In this document: one piece after another, positions 1 to 9,082 of the stretch | How positions within the stretch are numbered: position 1 is the stretch's first letter | Layout of the letters: each line of letters starts with the position of its first letter | Assembly: GCA_963825065.1 (NCBI GenBank) | Contig: CAWGRU010000008.1 | Coordinates: forward strand, 65,705 to 129,704 | DNA length: 64,000 nt | Origin: an uncultured Gemmatimonadales bacterium | GTDB lineage: Bacteria; Gemmatimonadota; Gemmatimonadetes; Gemmatimonadales; GWC2-71-9 | Reading direction: 5' to 3' | The notes under the pieces: generated by a model | Databases searched by the model: none | The model's input: the letters and a program-made list of their open reading frames with translations, nothing else | Told to the model about the DNA's origin: nothing | Made by a program: the position numbers and the translations under genes

Positions 1-1
1 G

Positions 2-1183
2 TCAAGGCGTGAAGTCCTGGGTGAGGTCGGACTTGGCGCTGGTGGTGGCGATGCCGCTGAACGTCCGGTCGGACGCGGAGCTGATGCCCGAGGCGCGCAG
101 CGCAAACTCGCTCGGATTGGTGGAGTAGAAGAGCGCGCTCTCGTAGCTGATCACCCCCTCCTTGAACCACTGCATCAGCGACTGGTCGAAGCTCTGCATG
201 CCGTAGGCCTCGGTGCCCTCGGCGATCAGGTCCGGGATGTTCAGGGCCTTCTCGATGTCGCGGATGTTGTCGGCGACCGCGGCGGTGTTGATCAGCACCT
301 CCGCCGCGGGCACCCGGCCCTTGCCGTCCTTGCGCGGCACCAGCCGGAGGCAGACCACGGCCGCCAGCGCCGTCGAGAGCAGCGACCGGATCTCCTGGTG
401 CTGGTGCGGCGGGTAGAAGGAGATGACCCGGTTGATGGTCTGGGTGGCGTCGGTGGTGTGCAGGGTCGAGAACACCAGGTGTCCGGTGTCGGCCGCCTTG
501 AGCGCCACGTCGAGCGTCTCCGCGTCGCGGATCTCGCCGATCAGGATCACGTCGGGATCCTGCCGCAGCACATGCCGGAGCGCGGTGCCGAATGCCAGCG
601 TGTCGCTGCCGACCTCCCGCTGCGAGATATTGGCCTGGACGTCGCGGTGCAGGAACTCGATCGGGTCCTCGATCGTGATGATGTTGACCCGACGGTTCTG
701 GTTCACATGGTTGATCATCGCCGCGAGCGAGGTGGACTTGCCGGAGCCGGTCACCCCGGTCACCAGCACCAGGCCGCGCGGCCGCACCGAGATCTCCTCC
801 AGCACCTCCGGCAGGAACAGCTCGCGCACCGTCTTCACTTCATAGGGAATGGCGCGGAAGGCGAAGGCCAGCGTGCCGCGCTGCTGGTAGATGTTGGTCC
901 GGAAGCGGCCCACCCCGGGGACGCCGATGGCGAAGTCCGCCTCCTTCTTCTCCGCGAATTCCTTCACCTGCCGCGGCGTCATGATCTGCTCCGCGAGCAG
1001 CTTCAGGTCTTCGGGCTTGAGCGGCTGCATCTCCAGACCGGCCAGATCGCCGTTGACCCGGATCGTCGGCGGCCGGCCGACCTTCAGATGCAGGTCGGAG
1101 CCGTTCCGCTGGACCATGAGCGAGATGGCCTGCTTGAAGTTGAACGGCGGCAGCAGTGCCGCGGGCGCGGTCGTCTCACCCAT
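2..1183 (-). CDS. pilT: Type IV pilus retraction ATPase PilT (twitching motility)
   Basis: 393-aa ORF with Walker A 'GVTGSGKSTS', Asp box 'IITIEDPIEF', Walker B 'DPDVILIGEIRD' and His box 'GHLVFSTLHT'. ATG at 1183 overlaps the accB stop by 8 nt. Stop TGA at 2-4, so the gene is complete in the window. Confidence 0.9.
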   Translation of the reverse strand: MGETTAPAALLPPFNFKQAISLMVQRNGSDLHLKVGRPPTIRVNGDLAGLEMQPLKPEDLKLLAEQIMTPRQVKEFAEKKEADFAIGVPGVGRFRTNIYQQRGTLAFAFRAIPYEVKTVRELFLPEVLEEISVRPRGLVLVTGVTGSGKSTSLAAMINHVNQNRRVNIITIEDPIEFLHRDVQANISQREVGSDTLAFGTALRHVLRQDPDVILIGEIRDAETLDVALKAADTGHLVFSTLHTTDATQTINRVISFYPPHQHQEIRSLLSTALAAVVCLRLVPRKDGKGRVPAAEVLINTAAVADNIRDIEKALNIPDLIAEGTEAYGMQSFDQSLMQWFKEGVISYESALFYSTNPSEFALRASGISSASDRTFSGIATTSAKSDLTQDFTP

Positions 1184-1730
1184 TGGGATCCACCCGGAAC
1201 AGCACGCTGCCGAATTCCACCGGCTGGGAATCCTCGACCAGGATTTCCCGCACCACCCCCGAGACCTCGGCTTCGATCTCGTTCATGATCTTCATCGCCT
1301 CGATGATGCAGACGGTCTGCCCCGCCGTGACCCGGCCGCCGACCCTCACGTACGCCTCGGCGCCCGGTTCCGGCGACTTGTAGAACGTGCCGACCATGGG
1401 CGACTTGATGTCCTTCAGCGTGGAGGGCGCGGCGGCAGCGGCCGCCGGTGCGGTAGCGGCGGCGGGGGCGGCCCCGGCCCCGGCCCCGGGGGCCGACGCC
1501 GGGGGCGCCGCGTAGGACATCGGCACCGGCGCCGCGGGTGTGGGCGCGTGGTTGCCGGTCCGGGTGACGACGACGCCGGTGTCGAACCACCCCTTCACCT
1601 CGATCGAGCCGAGTTCCGGGAACTCGTGCAGCAGCTCGGCGAGCTTGCGCACATCCTTCAGTTCCACCGTGCGGATTCCGGGAAGCTTGCCGAGCATCTT
1701 GGCGAGGTCGGTCGTGTCTTTGGCGTTCAT
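1176..1730 (-). CDS. accB: Biotin carboxyl carrier protein of acetyl-CoA carboxylase
   Basis: 184 aa with an Ala/Pro-rich linker followed by the biotinyl-lysine motif 'CIIEAMKIMNEIEAE'. Confidence 0.9.
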   Translation of the reverse strand: MNAKDTTDLAKMLGKLPGIRTVELKDVRKLAELLHEFPELGSIEVKGWFDTGVVVTRTGNHAPTPAAPVPMSYAAPPASAPGAGAGAAPAAATAPAAAAAAPSTLKDIKSPMVGTFYKSPEPGAEAYVRVGGRVTAGQTVCIIEAMKIMNEIEAEVSGVVREILVEDSQPVEFGSVLFRVDPNG

Positions 1731-1831
1731 TGAGCCATCAGGGTTCAGGGTTCGGCATTCAGCGCGCCGGCACTCCAGCGCCGGGGGCGCGACAGCCCGC
1801 CCCCGAGCGCTGCACTCCGGCTGCTGCCACC

Positions 1832-2923
1832 TCAGACCAGTTCGAGAAGCTCCACGCAGTTGTCGGACAGGAGTTCCGGCCCCGTCGGGGCGAGATGCAG
1901 ATCGTCCTCGAGTCGCACACCGCCCCAGCCGGGAAGATAGATCCCGGGTTCGACCGTCACCACCGCGCCGGCGGGGACCGGCTGCTCCCCCGTCGGGGAG
2001 AGCCGCGGGCCTTCGTGGACCTCCAGGCCGAGACCGTGGCCGAGCGAATGTCCGAAGGCCTCGCCGTAGCCGGCGCGCACGATGACATCGCGCGCCAGGC
2101 CGTCGGCCTCCCGTCCGGTCATTCCGGCACGCACGTGCGCGATCGCCCGTCGCTGCGCCAGCCGCACGGTCTCGTACACCTCGCGCTGCCGGGCATCGGC
2201 CCGGCCGCCGACGATCACCGTGCGGGTGAGGTCGGCACAGTATCCGTCCACCTGCGCGCCGAAGTCAAGCAGCAGCCATTCGCCCGGCGCGAGGATCCGC
2301 TCGCTGGTGCGGGCATGCGGCAGCGCCGAGCGCGGGCCCGACGCGACGATCGTGGGAAACGGGTGCCACTCGCTCCCCCGCACCCGCAGCGCCGACTCCA
2401 GCCGCGCGGCGATGGCGAGCTCGGTCTCGCCGGCGCGCACCGTGGGCAGCAGTTCGGCGAGGGCGGCCTGCGCGAGCGCCGCGGCGGCGCGGATCGCCTC
2501 GACCTCCGCCGCATCCTTCACGAGCCGCAGCTGCTCCACCAGGTCGGTCGTGCCGAGCCAGGCTGCGTGCGGCTGCAGGGCCTCGATCCGCTCCCGCTCC
2601 CGCACCGTGGCGACGTGGGCCTCGAAGCCGAAGGCGCCGATGGCTCGCTCACCGAGGACCCGCTTCAGCCGCTCCCAGATGTTGACCTGGTCGATTTCGA
2701 CCCGGGCCACGTTGCCGACTTCCCGCGGAGCCTGGGTCGCGTATCGGAAATCGGTGACCAGCACGGCATCGTGAGCACGGACCGCGAGCAGCGCCGAGGA
2801 GCCGGTGAATCCGGTGAGATAGCGGATGTTGGGGAGAGACTGGACCAGCAACAGGTCGAGCCCCTGCGCCGCCAGCCGCTCCCGGAGGGCAGCCTGACGA
2901 GCTTCCCGGCGGTCAGCCCCCAC
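1832..2923 (-). CDS. pepP: Xaa-Pro aminopeptidase/dipeptidase, peptidase family M24B
   Basis: Creatinase-like N-domain ('LLVQSLPNIRYLTGF') plus M24 metal-ligand motifs 'DFGAQVDGYCADLTRT', 'GHSLGHGLGLEVHE' and 'VEPGIYLPGWGGVRLED'. The track ORF runs to 3190, but upstream of 2923 it overlaps aroQ. GTG at 2923 overlaps the aroQ stop by 11 nt. Confidence 0.85.
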   Translation of the reverse strand: MGADRREARQAALRERLAAQGLDLLLVQSLPNIRYLTGFTGSSALLAVRAHDAVLVTDFRYATQAPREVGNVARVEIDQVNIWERLKRVLGERAIGAFGFEAHVATVRERERIEALQPHAAWLGTTDLVEQLRLVKDAAEVEAIRAAAALAQAALAELLPTVRAGETELAIAARLESALRVRGSEWHPFPTIVASGPRSALPHARTSERILAPGEWLLLDFGAQVDGYCADLTRTVIVGGRADARQREVYETVRLAQRRAIAHVRAGMTGREADGLARDVIVRAGYGEAFGHSLGHGLGLEVHEGPRLSPTGEQPVPAGAVVTVEPGIYLPGWGGVRLEDDLHLAPTGPELLSDNCVELLELV

Positions 2924-3353
2924 CGAGCTTGGCGACCAGCGCCTGGAGCCCGAGCAGATAGCCCGAGGGTCCGAAGCCGGCCACGATCCCGACCGCGAGA
3001 TCCGCCAGACGCGAATGCCGCCGCTCCGCCTCGCGGGCGAAGATGTTCGACAGATGGACTTCGACGAACGGCACCTTGACCGCCAGAAAGGCGTCGCGGA
3101 TCGCCAGGCTGGTGTGGGTGAATGCCGCGGCGTTGACGAGGGCGCCGTCGGCCTGTCCCGCGAGCCCCTGCACGGCGTCGACGAAGGCACCTTCGTGGTT
3201 GGTCTGCATCCAACTGAGCGAGACGCCCAGCCGCAGCGCCTCCGCCCGCACCAGCTGTTCCAGCTCGCCCAGGGTGGTCCGTCCGTAGACTTCGGGCTCG
3301 CGGGTACCCAGCAGGTTGAGGTTCGGCCCGTTCAGAACGGCGATCCGTATCAC
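2913..3353 (-). CDS. aroQ: 3-dehydroquinate dehydratase, type II
   Basis: 146 aa with 'IAVLNGPNLNLLGTREPEVYG' and 'NAAAFTHTSLAIRDA', typical of type II DHQase. GTG start forms a GTGA overlap with the upstream gene's stop. Confidence 0.9.
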   Translation of the reverse strand: MIRIAVLNGPNLNLLGTREPEVYGRTTLGELEQLVRAEALRLGVSLSWMQTNHEGAFVDAVQGLAGQADGALVNAAAFTHTSLAIRDAFLAVKVPFVEVHLSNIFAREAERRHSRLADLAVGIVAGFGPSGYLLGLQALVAKLGGG

Positions 3354-5473
3354 TTCTTGAGGCTCTTGAGCCAGTTCTGGAACTGGTCGAGATCTTCGCC
3401 TTCCGGAGGCCGATTGCCGCCCGGAGCACCGGGCGCCCCGCCCGGCGACGCCGCACCGAAGAACTGATCGAAGCTGAACGCATCCGGCGTCGCCGACTTC
3501 GCGGGCGCCTCACCCACCGCGGCCGCGGTGTGCGAGGTATTCGACTCGTCGCCGAAGATCGCGCTCAGCGAGAGGGGATCGGTGGTGGGCCGGGTCGGCG
3601 CCCCTTCACTCTGTTCATCCTCGACCATCGCACGCGCCATCCCGGGCCCCGCCGGCCGGGCGCCCGCCAGCGAGCGGAAGAACGACTCCACCGACTCCCC
3701 GCCGGTGTCCACGGCCACGTAGGACAGACGGCGATTGCCCGCCGCCTGGGACGCCTGCAGTGCCCGCACCTTCTCCTGCAGCCGGAGATCGCCGGGCTGC
3801 CGCTCGGCCAGCACCCGATAGACGTTGAGCGCCTCGGCAACATGGCCCTGTCGCAAGTACAACTCCGCCATGCTCTCCGTGAGGACCGGTGCCGGTTCCG
3901 TGCTGACCGGCTCCACAGGCTCCGCCTCGGCTTGCACTTCCTGTGTGAGGCGCCGATGCCGGGGCGGCTCCGGTTCGGCGGCGTCGTCGGGAAAGATGAG
4001 CTTGAGGTCCTTCTCTTCGTGAACCGGCTCGGGCGCGGGTTCGATGACCGGTCCGACCGCCGTCGTCCCCGCCGCAGCGAGCATGTCCACCAGCGACGAT
4101 TCCGGTTCGGCTTCCGTCTCCGGTGCTTCGGCGACGTACACCAGTTCGCTCGAGGTCGCGCCGACCTCGAGCTCCGGCTCCAGCTCCGGCTCGAGGACCG
4201 GTACCGCGACCGACTCCTCCTCCGGCGCCACCATTTCCACCGGCTCCTCCGGGAGATCGGTGGAGAGTTCTTCGGTCGGCATCAGGCTGATCGCCGCGAA
4301 CCCAGTCGTGATGACCTGGTTGTACGGGCGGGGCTGCGGCTCGCTCGGGCCGACGGGCTCGGGTTCCGCCAGCGGCTCCGATTCGGGTTCAGGCTCGAGT
4401 TCGGGAACGGGTTCGGGAACGGCCCGTTCGGCCGCCTTGAGCAATTCGTCCGCCCCGCTGGGCGTCTGGTACTCGGTGCCGCCCGCGGAAGAGAGCGTCA
4501 GCTCCGCAGAGGCGTCCGGCACCTGGAACTCGGAACGGCCCGGGGAGAGATCGAGCAGGGCGAGGCTGTCGTCCGGGGCCTGGAATTCCGTCACCCCCGA
4601 GGGCCGCAGTTCGATTGGCGTGGTGGTTTCCTTCTCGAGGGAAACCACGTCACCAAAGCTGGTCGGCTCGATCACCAGGTCGGCGGCTGGCTCCGCCGGG
4701 GCCGGCGGCACCTGCAGCACCGGCTCGGGGACGGATTCGAGCTCGAGGACCTCCAGCGCTTCCAGCTGTGCGGTCTCCTCTGACTCGGCAGTCGTTGCCG
4801 GCTCGGAGGGCAGCGCGGGAAATGCCATCGGCCGGGTGGGCGTCGGGGTCTCGTCGAAGAGGCTGAAGCGGGCATCGATCTGGGACTCGGCGTCCTCGTC
4901 GATACGGCCGACCGCCACCTCCACCGTGGGGACCTCCGAGGGCGGCGGCGGGGGAGCCTGCCGCGGCTTCACGTCCAGGGCCTCGGTCAGGTCCTCCGCC
5001 CGGCTCGGCTCGGGGGCCTGGCCGCCGCTGTGGGTGAGCGGCGCGGTCATGGCCGCCGCGGCAGCTTCCCTCGCCGAGTCGACCCGCGCCAGCTGGTCCC
5101 GGGCCTCCTCGTTGCTCGGGTCCACGGTAATCAGCCGGGACAGCCAGCCGACCGCCTCCATGAGGCGACCCTGGCGCTCGGTGATATCGGCCAGCGCCTT
5201 CAGCGCGATGACGTTTTCGGCGTCGAGATCGAGGACGTGGGTGAAAGCCGCTTCCGCAGGCCCGTCCTCGCGGAGGTCGAGGCAGCAGCGCCCGAGTACG
5301 ATGTTCCCGGGAATGTGATCCGGGTGCAGTTCCAGACCCTGACGGAGGACGTCCCTGGCGAGGAGGTGATCCCCATGCTTGCGCAGTACTTCGGCGTACG
5401 GCGCAAAGACGGTCCCCTTGGGATTCTCCTTCCAACGGCGCTCGAGCTTCTCGATCTCGCTGTTTGGTGGCAT
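3350..5473 (-). CDS. TPR-repeat protein with a long acidic Pro/Glu-rich central region (function unknown)
   Basis: 707-aa ORF. N-terminal TPR-like helices ('LELHPDHIPGNIVLGRCCLDL', 'LDLDAENVIALKALADI'), about 350 aa of low complexity rich in E, P, A and V, one C-terminal TPR-like unit ('MAELYLRQGHVAEALNVYRVLAERQP'), and the tail 'DLDQFQNWLKSLKK'. Confidence 0.6.
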   Translation of the reverse strand: MPPNSEIEKLERRWKENPKGTVFAPYAEVLRKHGDHLLARDVLRQGLELHPDHIPGNIVLGRCCLDLREDGPAEAAFTHVLDLDAENVIALKALADITERQGRLMEAVGWLSRLITVDPSNEEARDQLARVDSAREAAAAAMTAPLTHSGGQAPEPSRAEDLTEALDVKPRQAPPPPPSEVPTVEVAVGRIDEDAESQIDARFSLFDETPTPTRPMAFPALPSEPATTAESEETAQLEALEVLELESVPEPVLQVPPAPAEPAADLVIEPTSFGDVVSLEKETTTPIELRPSGVTEFQAPDDSLALLDLSPGRSEFQVPDASAELTLSSAGGTEYQTPSGADELLKAAERAVPEPVPELEPEPESEPLAEPEPVGPSEPQPRPYNQVITTGFAAISLMPTEELSTDLPEEPVEMVAPEEESVAVPVLEPELEPELEVGATSSELVYVAEAPETEAEPESSLVDMLAAAGTTAVGPVIEPAPEPVHEEKDLKLIFPDDAAEPEPPRHRRLTQEVQAEAEPVEPVSTEPAPVLTESMAELYLRQGHVAEALNVYRVLAERQPGDLRLQEKVRALQASQAAGNRRLSYVAVDTGGESVESFFRSLAGARPAGPGMARAMVEDEQSEGAPTRPTTDPLSLSAIFGDESNTSHTAAAVGEAPAKSATPDAFSFDQFFGAASPGGAPGAPGGNRPPEGEDLDQFQNWLKSLKK

Positions 5474-5635
5474 CCCTGTCTCTGTGCGTAAGTTGTTGTG
5501 GCGATTGAATAAACATTAGAACGACCGGGGGGTGGTGTCAACCGGTCAGGAGCCGGATCGGCTTGAGATTCCGCGTTGCCCGGCTTAGACTTAGCCCTCT
5601 TTTTCAGCCTCCCCCTCAGCCGCAGGGCAGTTCCT

Positions 5636-7471
5636 ATGATGCAAGTCTTCCGCAGCATCGCCGGCAAGGTCGCCGCCGCGATCTTCGCCGTCCTGATGCT
5701 GGTGTTCCTCTGGACCAGCGTCGATTGGCGCCAGGTCACCGGCGGGTCCCGCACCACGGTCGGCGAGATCGACGGCCAGAAGATTCCGCTCAGGAACTAC
5801 CAGCAGATGGTGCAGGGCGAGGTCGAGCGCCGCCAGCGCCAGGTGGGGCATTCGCTCAATGCCGAGGAGACCGAAGAGGTCCGCAACGCGGTGTGGGACG
5901 AGCTGATCCAGCAGCAGAGCCTGGAACACGAATACGAGGCCCGCGGGATCTTCGCGACCCCCGACGAAATCGCGGGGGCGATCCAGGACAACCCGCCGCC
6001 TGAATTTCTGCAGCAGCCCGAGTTCCAGACCGACGGCAAGTTCGATATCGGCAAGTACCAGCGCTGGCTGCGCTCCAGTGCGGCGGCACAGGTGGTCCCG
6101 CTGCTCGAGGCGCAATACGGCGAGCAGATCCGCCAGTCCAAGCTGTTCCGGGTGGTGACCAGCGACATCTATCTCTCGGATGCGGCGCTGTGGCAGACCT
6201 GGAAGGACAACAACGAGAAGACCGGCTTGGAGGTCACCGCGATCCTCCCCCGGAATGCGGTGCCCGATTCCGCGGTGACGGTGACGGACGCCGAAATCCG
6301 GAAGTACTACGACGACCACCGCGACGAATTCAAGCAGCCGGCCACGGCGTTTCTGAGCTATACCGAGATCCTGCGCCTCCCCGATGGAGCCGACTCCGCG
6401 GCGGCCCGGCAGCGGGCGCTGGATCTCCGCAAGGAGATCGCCGACGGCGCGCCCTTCGAGGAGGTCGCCAAGCGGGAATCGGCGGATTCCGGCAGCGCTG
6501 CCAAGGGTGGCGACCTGGGCGAGTTCGCCAAGGGCACCATGGATCCTGCGTTCGAGCGTGCCGCCTTCAGTCTTCCCGTCGGGACCCTGTCGGAGCCGGT
6601 GCTCTCGGCCTTCGGCTACCATCTGATCAAGGTCGAGAAGCGTGCCGGTGCCAAGGTCCACGCCCGCCACATCCTGATCCCGATCGAGATTACGGGCACA
6701 CACCGGGACCGGCTCGACGCCCGGGCCGACAGCCTCGAGGCGATCGGGGCCGAGAAGCTCGACCCTGCCGCCCTCGACACCGCGGCGAAGCTGCTCGGCC
6801 TGACCGTCGGGCGGGCCAATCCGCTGCAGAAGGGGAGCCGGGTCCAGGTGGGGGTGCAGGCGGTACCCGACGCCGGCCTGTGGGCCTTCCAGGCCAAGGT
6901 CGGTGAGACCGGCCGGATCATCGAGGTGCCCTACGCCTACTTCCTGTTCCGGCTCGACAGCCTGCATCCCGATGGCGTGCCGGCGTTCGAGACGATCAAG
7001 GGAGCGGTGGCGGTCGCCGCCCGTGACGCGAAGAAATGGGACGCCGCGCGTGCGATCGGCACCGATCTGCTGAAGCGGCTCAGCGAGGGCAGTACCCTCG
7101 CCCAGGCCTCCGCCGCGCTGCGCCTCCCGCGCCAGGAGTTTCCGCCGTTCCCCCGGACCAGCCCGCCCTTCCCCAACTCGAAGGTGATCGGCGCGGCGTT
7201 CGGGCTGGAGGAAGGCAAGACCAGCGGACTGATCGAGAGCGACCAGGGGCTGTACGTGATCCACGTCCTGAAGCACCTGCCCGCGGATTCGGCCGAGTAC
7301 CTGAAGCAGTACGACGACTTGCGCAACAAGCAGATCCGGCTGGCCCGGCAGGACCGGGTCCGCAGCTACCTCGAGGCGCTGCGGACCAGCGCGAAGGTCG
7401 AGGATCGCCGGGCCCAGATCTACCGCACCGACGCCCAGGCCCAGCAGGACCAGGACCGGAAGAAGAGCTGA
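5636..7471 (+). CDS. PpiD/SurA-like periplasmic chaperone with parvulin-type peptidyl-prolyl isomerase domain
   Basis: N-terminal membrane anchor 'KVAAAIFAVLMLVFLW' and a parvulin core 'AKGGDLGEFAKGTMDPAFERAAFSLPVGTLSEPVLSAFGYHLIKVE'. I chose ATG 5636; the track ORF opens at TTG 5576. Confidence 0.8.
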   Translation: MMQVFRSIAGKVAAAIFAVLMLVFLWTSVDWRQVTGGSRTTVGEIDGQKIPLRNYQQMVQGEVERRQRQVGHSLNAEETEEVRNAVWDELIQQQSLEHEYEARGIFATPDEIAGAIQDNPPPEFLQQPEFQTDGKFDIGKYQRWLRSSAAAQVVPLLEAQYGEQIRQSKLFRVVTSDIYLSDAALWQTWKDNNEKTGLEVTAILPRNAVPDSAVTVTDAEIRKYYDDHRDEFKQPATAFLSYTEILRLPDGADSAAARQRALDLRKEIADGAPFEEVAKRESADSGSAAKGGDLGEFAKGTMDPAFERAAFSLPVGTLSEPVLSAFGYHLIKVEKRAGAKVHARHILIPIEITGTHRDRLDARADSLEAIGAEKLDPAALDTAAKLLGLTVGRANPLQKGSRVQVGVQAVPDAGLWAFQAKVGETGRIIEVPYAYFLFRLDSLHPDGVPAFETIKGAVAVAARDAKKWDAARAIGTDLLKRLSEGSTLAQASAALRLPRQEFPPFPRTSPPFPNSKVIGAAFGLEEGKTSGLIESDQGLYVIHVLKHLPADSAEYLKQYDDLRNKQIRLARQDRVRSYLEALRTSAKVEDRRAQIYRTDAQAQQDQDRKKS

Positions 7472-7496
7472 GCCGTTCGGCGGTCAGACCTGGACG

Positions 7497-7527
7497 AAAA
7501 ACCCTCCGGTGCGAACCGGAGGGTTTT
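7497..7527. terminator. Bidirectional intrinsic terminator between convergent ppiD-like and tatA genes
   Basis: aaaaa-CCCTCCGGT-gcga-ACCGGAGGG-tttt. A perfect 9-bp stem with a 4-nt loop, an A-run on one side and a T-run on the other. Confidence 0.75.
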
Positions 7528-7553
7528 GCTTTCGGCCGAGTCGCGGTGCCGGC

Positions 7554-7808
7554 TTACTGCGACAGCCGCTTCGGCTCGCCACCCGCGGGCGGGGTCGGTC
7601 CGCTCCGGCCGTCGAGCTGGCGGGAGGGAGGCGTGGACGTGCTGTCGCCGCCCGAGACCGCCTCGCCCGCGTCGGTCAGACTGCGCTTGAACTCGCGGAT
7701 CCCCTTGCCGAACGAAGCGCCGATTTCCGGCAGCCGCTTGGACCCGAACAGCAGGAGGCAGATCACCAGAATTCCTACGATTTCGCCGAAACCGAGATTG
7801 CCGAACAT
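7554..7808 (-). CDS. tatA: Twin-arginine translocase subunit TatA/E
   Basis: 84 aa. 'MFGNLGFGEIVGILVICLLLFGSKRLPEIGASFGKGIREFK' is the canonical TatA TM helix plus amphipathic helix. Confidence 0.9.
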   Translation of the reverse strand: MFGNLGFGEIVGILVICLLLFGSKRLPEIGASFGKGIREFKRSLTDAGEAVSGGDSTSTPPSRQLDGRSGPTPPAGGEPKRLSQ

Positions 7809-7820
7809 GGCGGCCCCAAC

Positions 7821-8093
7821 TTAGAAGAGTGAGCGAGCGATCAGGTAGGCGATGATGACGCCCAGTATCGCGAGCGGCGAGACGTTCACCGCGAACGGCC
7901 CCATGGTCAGGCTGAACACCAGCAGGTTGAGCGACACGGGGCCGAGGCTCGCGCTGGCGGTAAAGGTAAACACCTGCTTGGCAACGCTGTCGGGCATGAC
8001 CGCCTTGACCAGCGCGTTCAGGAATCCTCCCAGGATGAACCCGGCGATGAGCACGCCGAGATGGAACATCGGGCGTCGCGGTCCACTGGCCAT
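7821..8093 (-). CDS. Small integral membrane protein (DUF4321-like)
   Basis: 90 aa with two hydrophobic helices. ATG forms an ATGA overlap with the upstream polyprenyl synthase stop. The family assignment is from memory only. Confidence 0.55.
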   Translation of the reverse strand: MASGPRRPMFHLGVLIAGFILGGFLNALVKAVMPDSVAKQVFTFTASASLGPVSLNLLVFSLTMGPFAVNVSPLAILGVIIAYLIARSLF

Positions 8094-9082
8094 CAGCGCC
8101 GCCGATCCAGGACGTAGGTGAGACTGTCGCGCAGGGTATCGCGGGCCCGGCTGGGGGGCAGCGCGTCGAGTTCGCGGTCGGCCTGTTCGGCCAGCCGCTG
8201 GGCCCGCTGACGAGCGTATTCGAGTCCGCCGGCGTCCGACACCAGCCCGATGACCGTCGCAATCTGGGCGTCGCTCGGCTCCGGCGCCGCCATCAGCGCG
8301 GCGACCTCCCGCCGGGCCGGGGCGGAGAGCCGCTCCAGCGAGAAGATCAGCGGCAGCGTCACCTTGTGTTCGCGCAGGTCATTCCCGGACGGCTTGCCGG
8401 TCACCGCTTCTTCCTCGGTGTAGTCGAGGACGTCGTCCACGATCTGAAAGGCCATCCCCAGATACTGCCCGAACCGGCGCAGGGCATCGCGCTCCGCCGC
8501 TCCCGCGCGCAGCGCACCGACCTCGCACGCCCCGGACAGCAGCGAGGCGGTCTTCGCCATGATGAGGAGGTCGTATTCCTCCTCGGTGAAGGCCAGCGGT
8601 TCGTGGGCCATCAGCTGCCGCATTTCGCCGACGGTCATCTCGTTCGTCACCCGCGAGAGCACCCGGAGCGGCTCGATGTCGCCCAGCCGGGTCAGCTCCA
8701 CTACGGCGCGCGAATACAGATAGTCGCCCATGATCACGCTGATCTGGTGACTGAACAGCGCGTTGATCGTCGGCATCCCGCGGCGGAGAACCGAGTGGTC
8801 GACCGAATCGTCGTGCACCAGGGTCGCCAGGTGGATGAGTTCCACCACGGCGGCCAGGGTTTCGGCCCGCGGATCCGGCGTGCCGGACGCCTCCTCGCTG
8901 AGCAGCAGCAGAGTGGGGCGGAACAGCTTCCCCTGCATCTGAAGCAGATGGCCGTTGACCTCGCTGATCAGCCCGAAGTCGCTCTCGATCACCCGGCGGA
9001 GCTCGCGATGCACCGCCTCCAGGCGGGGCTTGAGGGTCGCCTGCAGCCCCTCCAGGGTGATGCCGGCCGCGGACGACGTCAC
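8093..9082 (-). CDS. Long-chain polyprenyl diphosphate synthase (IspB/HepT-type trans-prenyltransferase)
   Basis: 329 aa with both DDxxD motifs: 'LATLVHDDSVDHSVLRRG' and 'FQIVDDVLDY'. Confidence 0.85.
   Translation of the reverse strand: MTSSAAGITLEGLQATLKPRLEAVHRELRRVIESDFGLISEVNGHLLQMQGKLFRPTLLLLSEEASGTPDPRAETLAAVVELIHLATLVHDDSVDHSVLRRGMPTINALFSHQISVIMGDYLYSRAVVELTRLGDIEPLRVLSRVTNEMTVGEMRQLMAHEPLAFTEEEYDLLIMAKTASLLSGACEVGALRAGAAERDALRRFGQYLGMAFQIVDDVLDYTEEEAVTGKPSGNDLREHKVTLPLIFSLERLSAPARREVAALMAAPEPSDAQIATVIGLVSDAGGLEYARQRAQRLAEQADRELDALPPSRARDTLRDSLTYVLDRRR

Noticed and set aside
1440-1500. GC-rich short tandem repeats (for example GCCCCG x3 in accB). Similar Pro/Ala-coding repeats occur in pal (about 19490-19560) and in the tolA-like gene (about 21400-21480).
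   Set aside because: They are in frame and encode flexible Ala/Pro/Lys linkers typical of these proteins. They are not CRISPR, satellite or mobile-element repeats.
5591-7276. 561-aa ORF antisense to the ppiD-like gene.
   Set aside because: It is Arg/Gly/Leu/Pro-rich with no motifs and entirely overlaps a well-supported gene. Long open antisense frames are expected in GC-rich DNA because stop codons are AT-rich.
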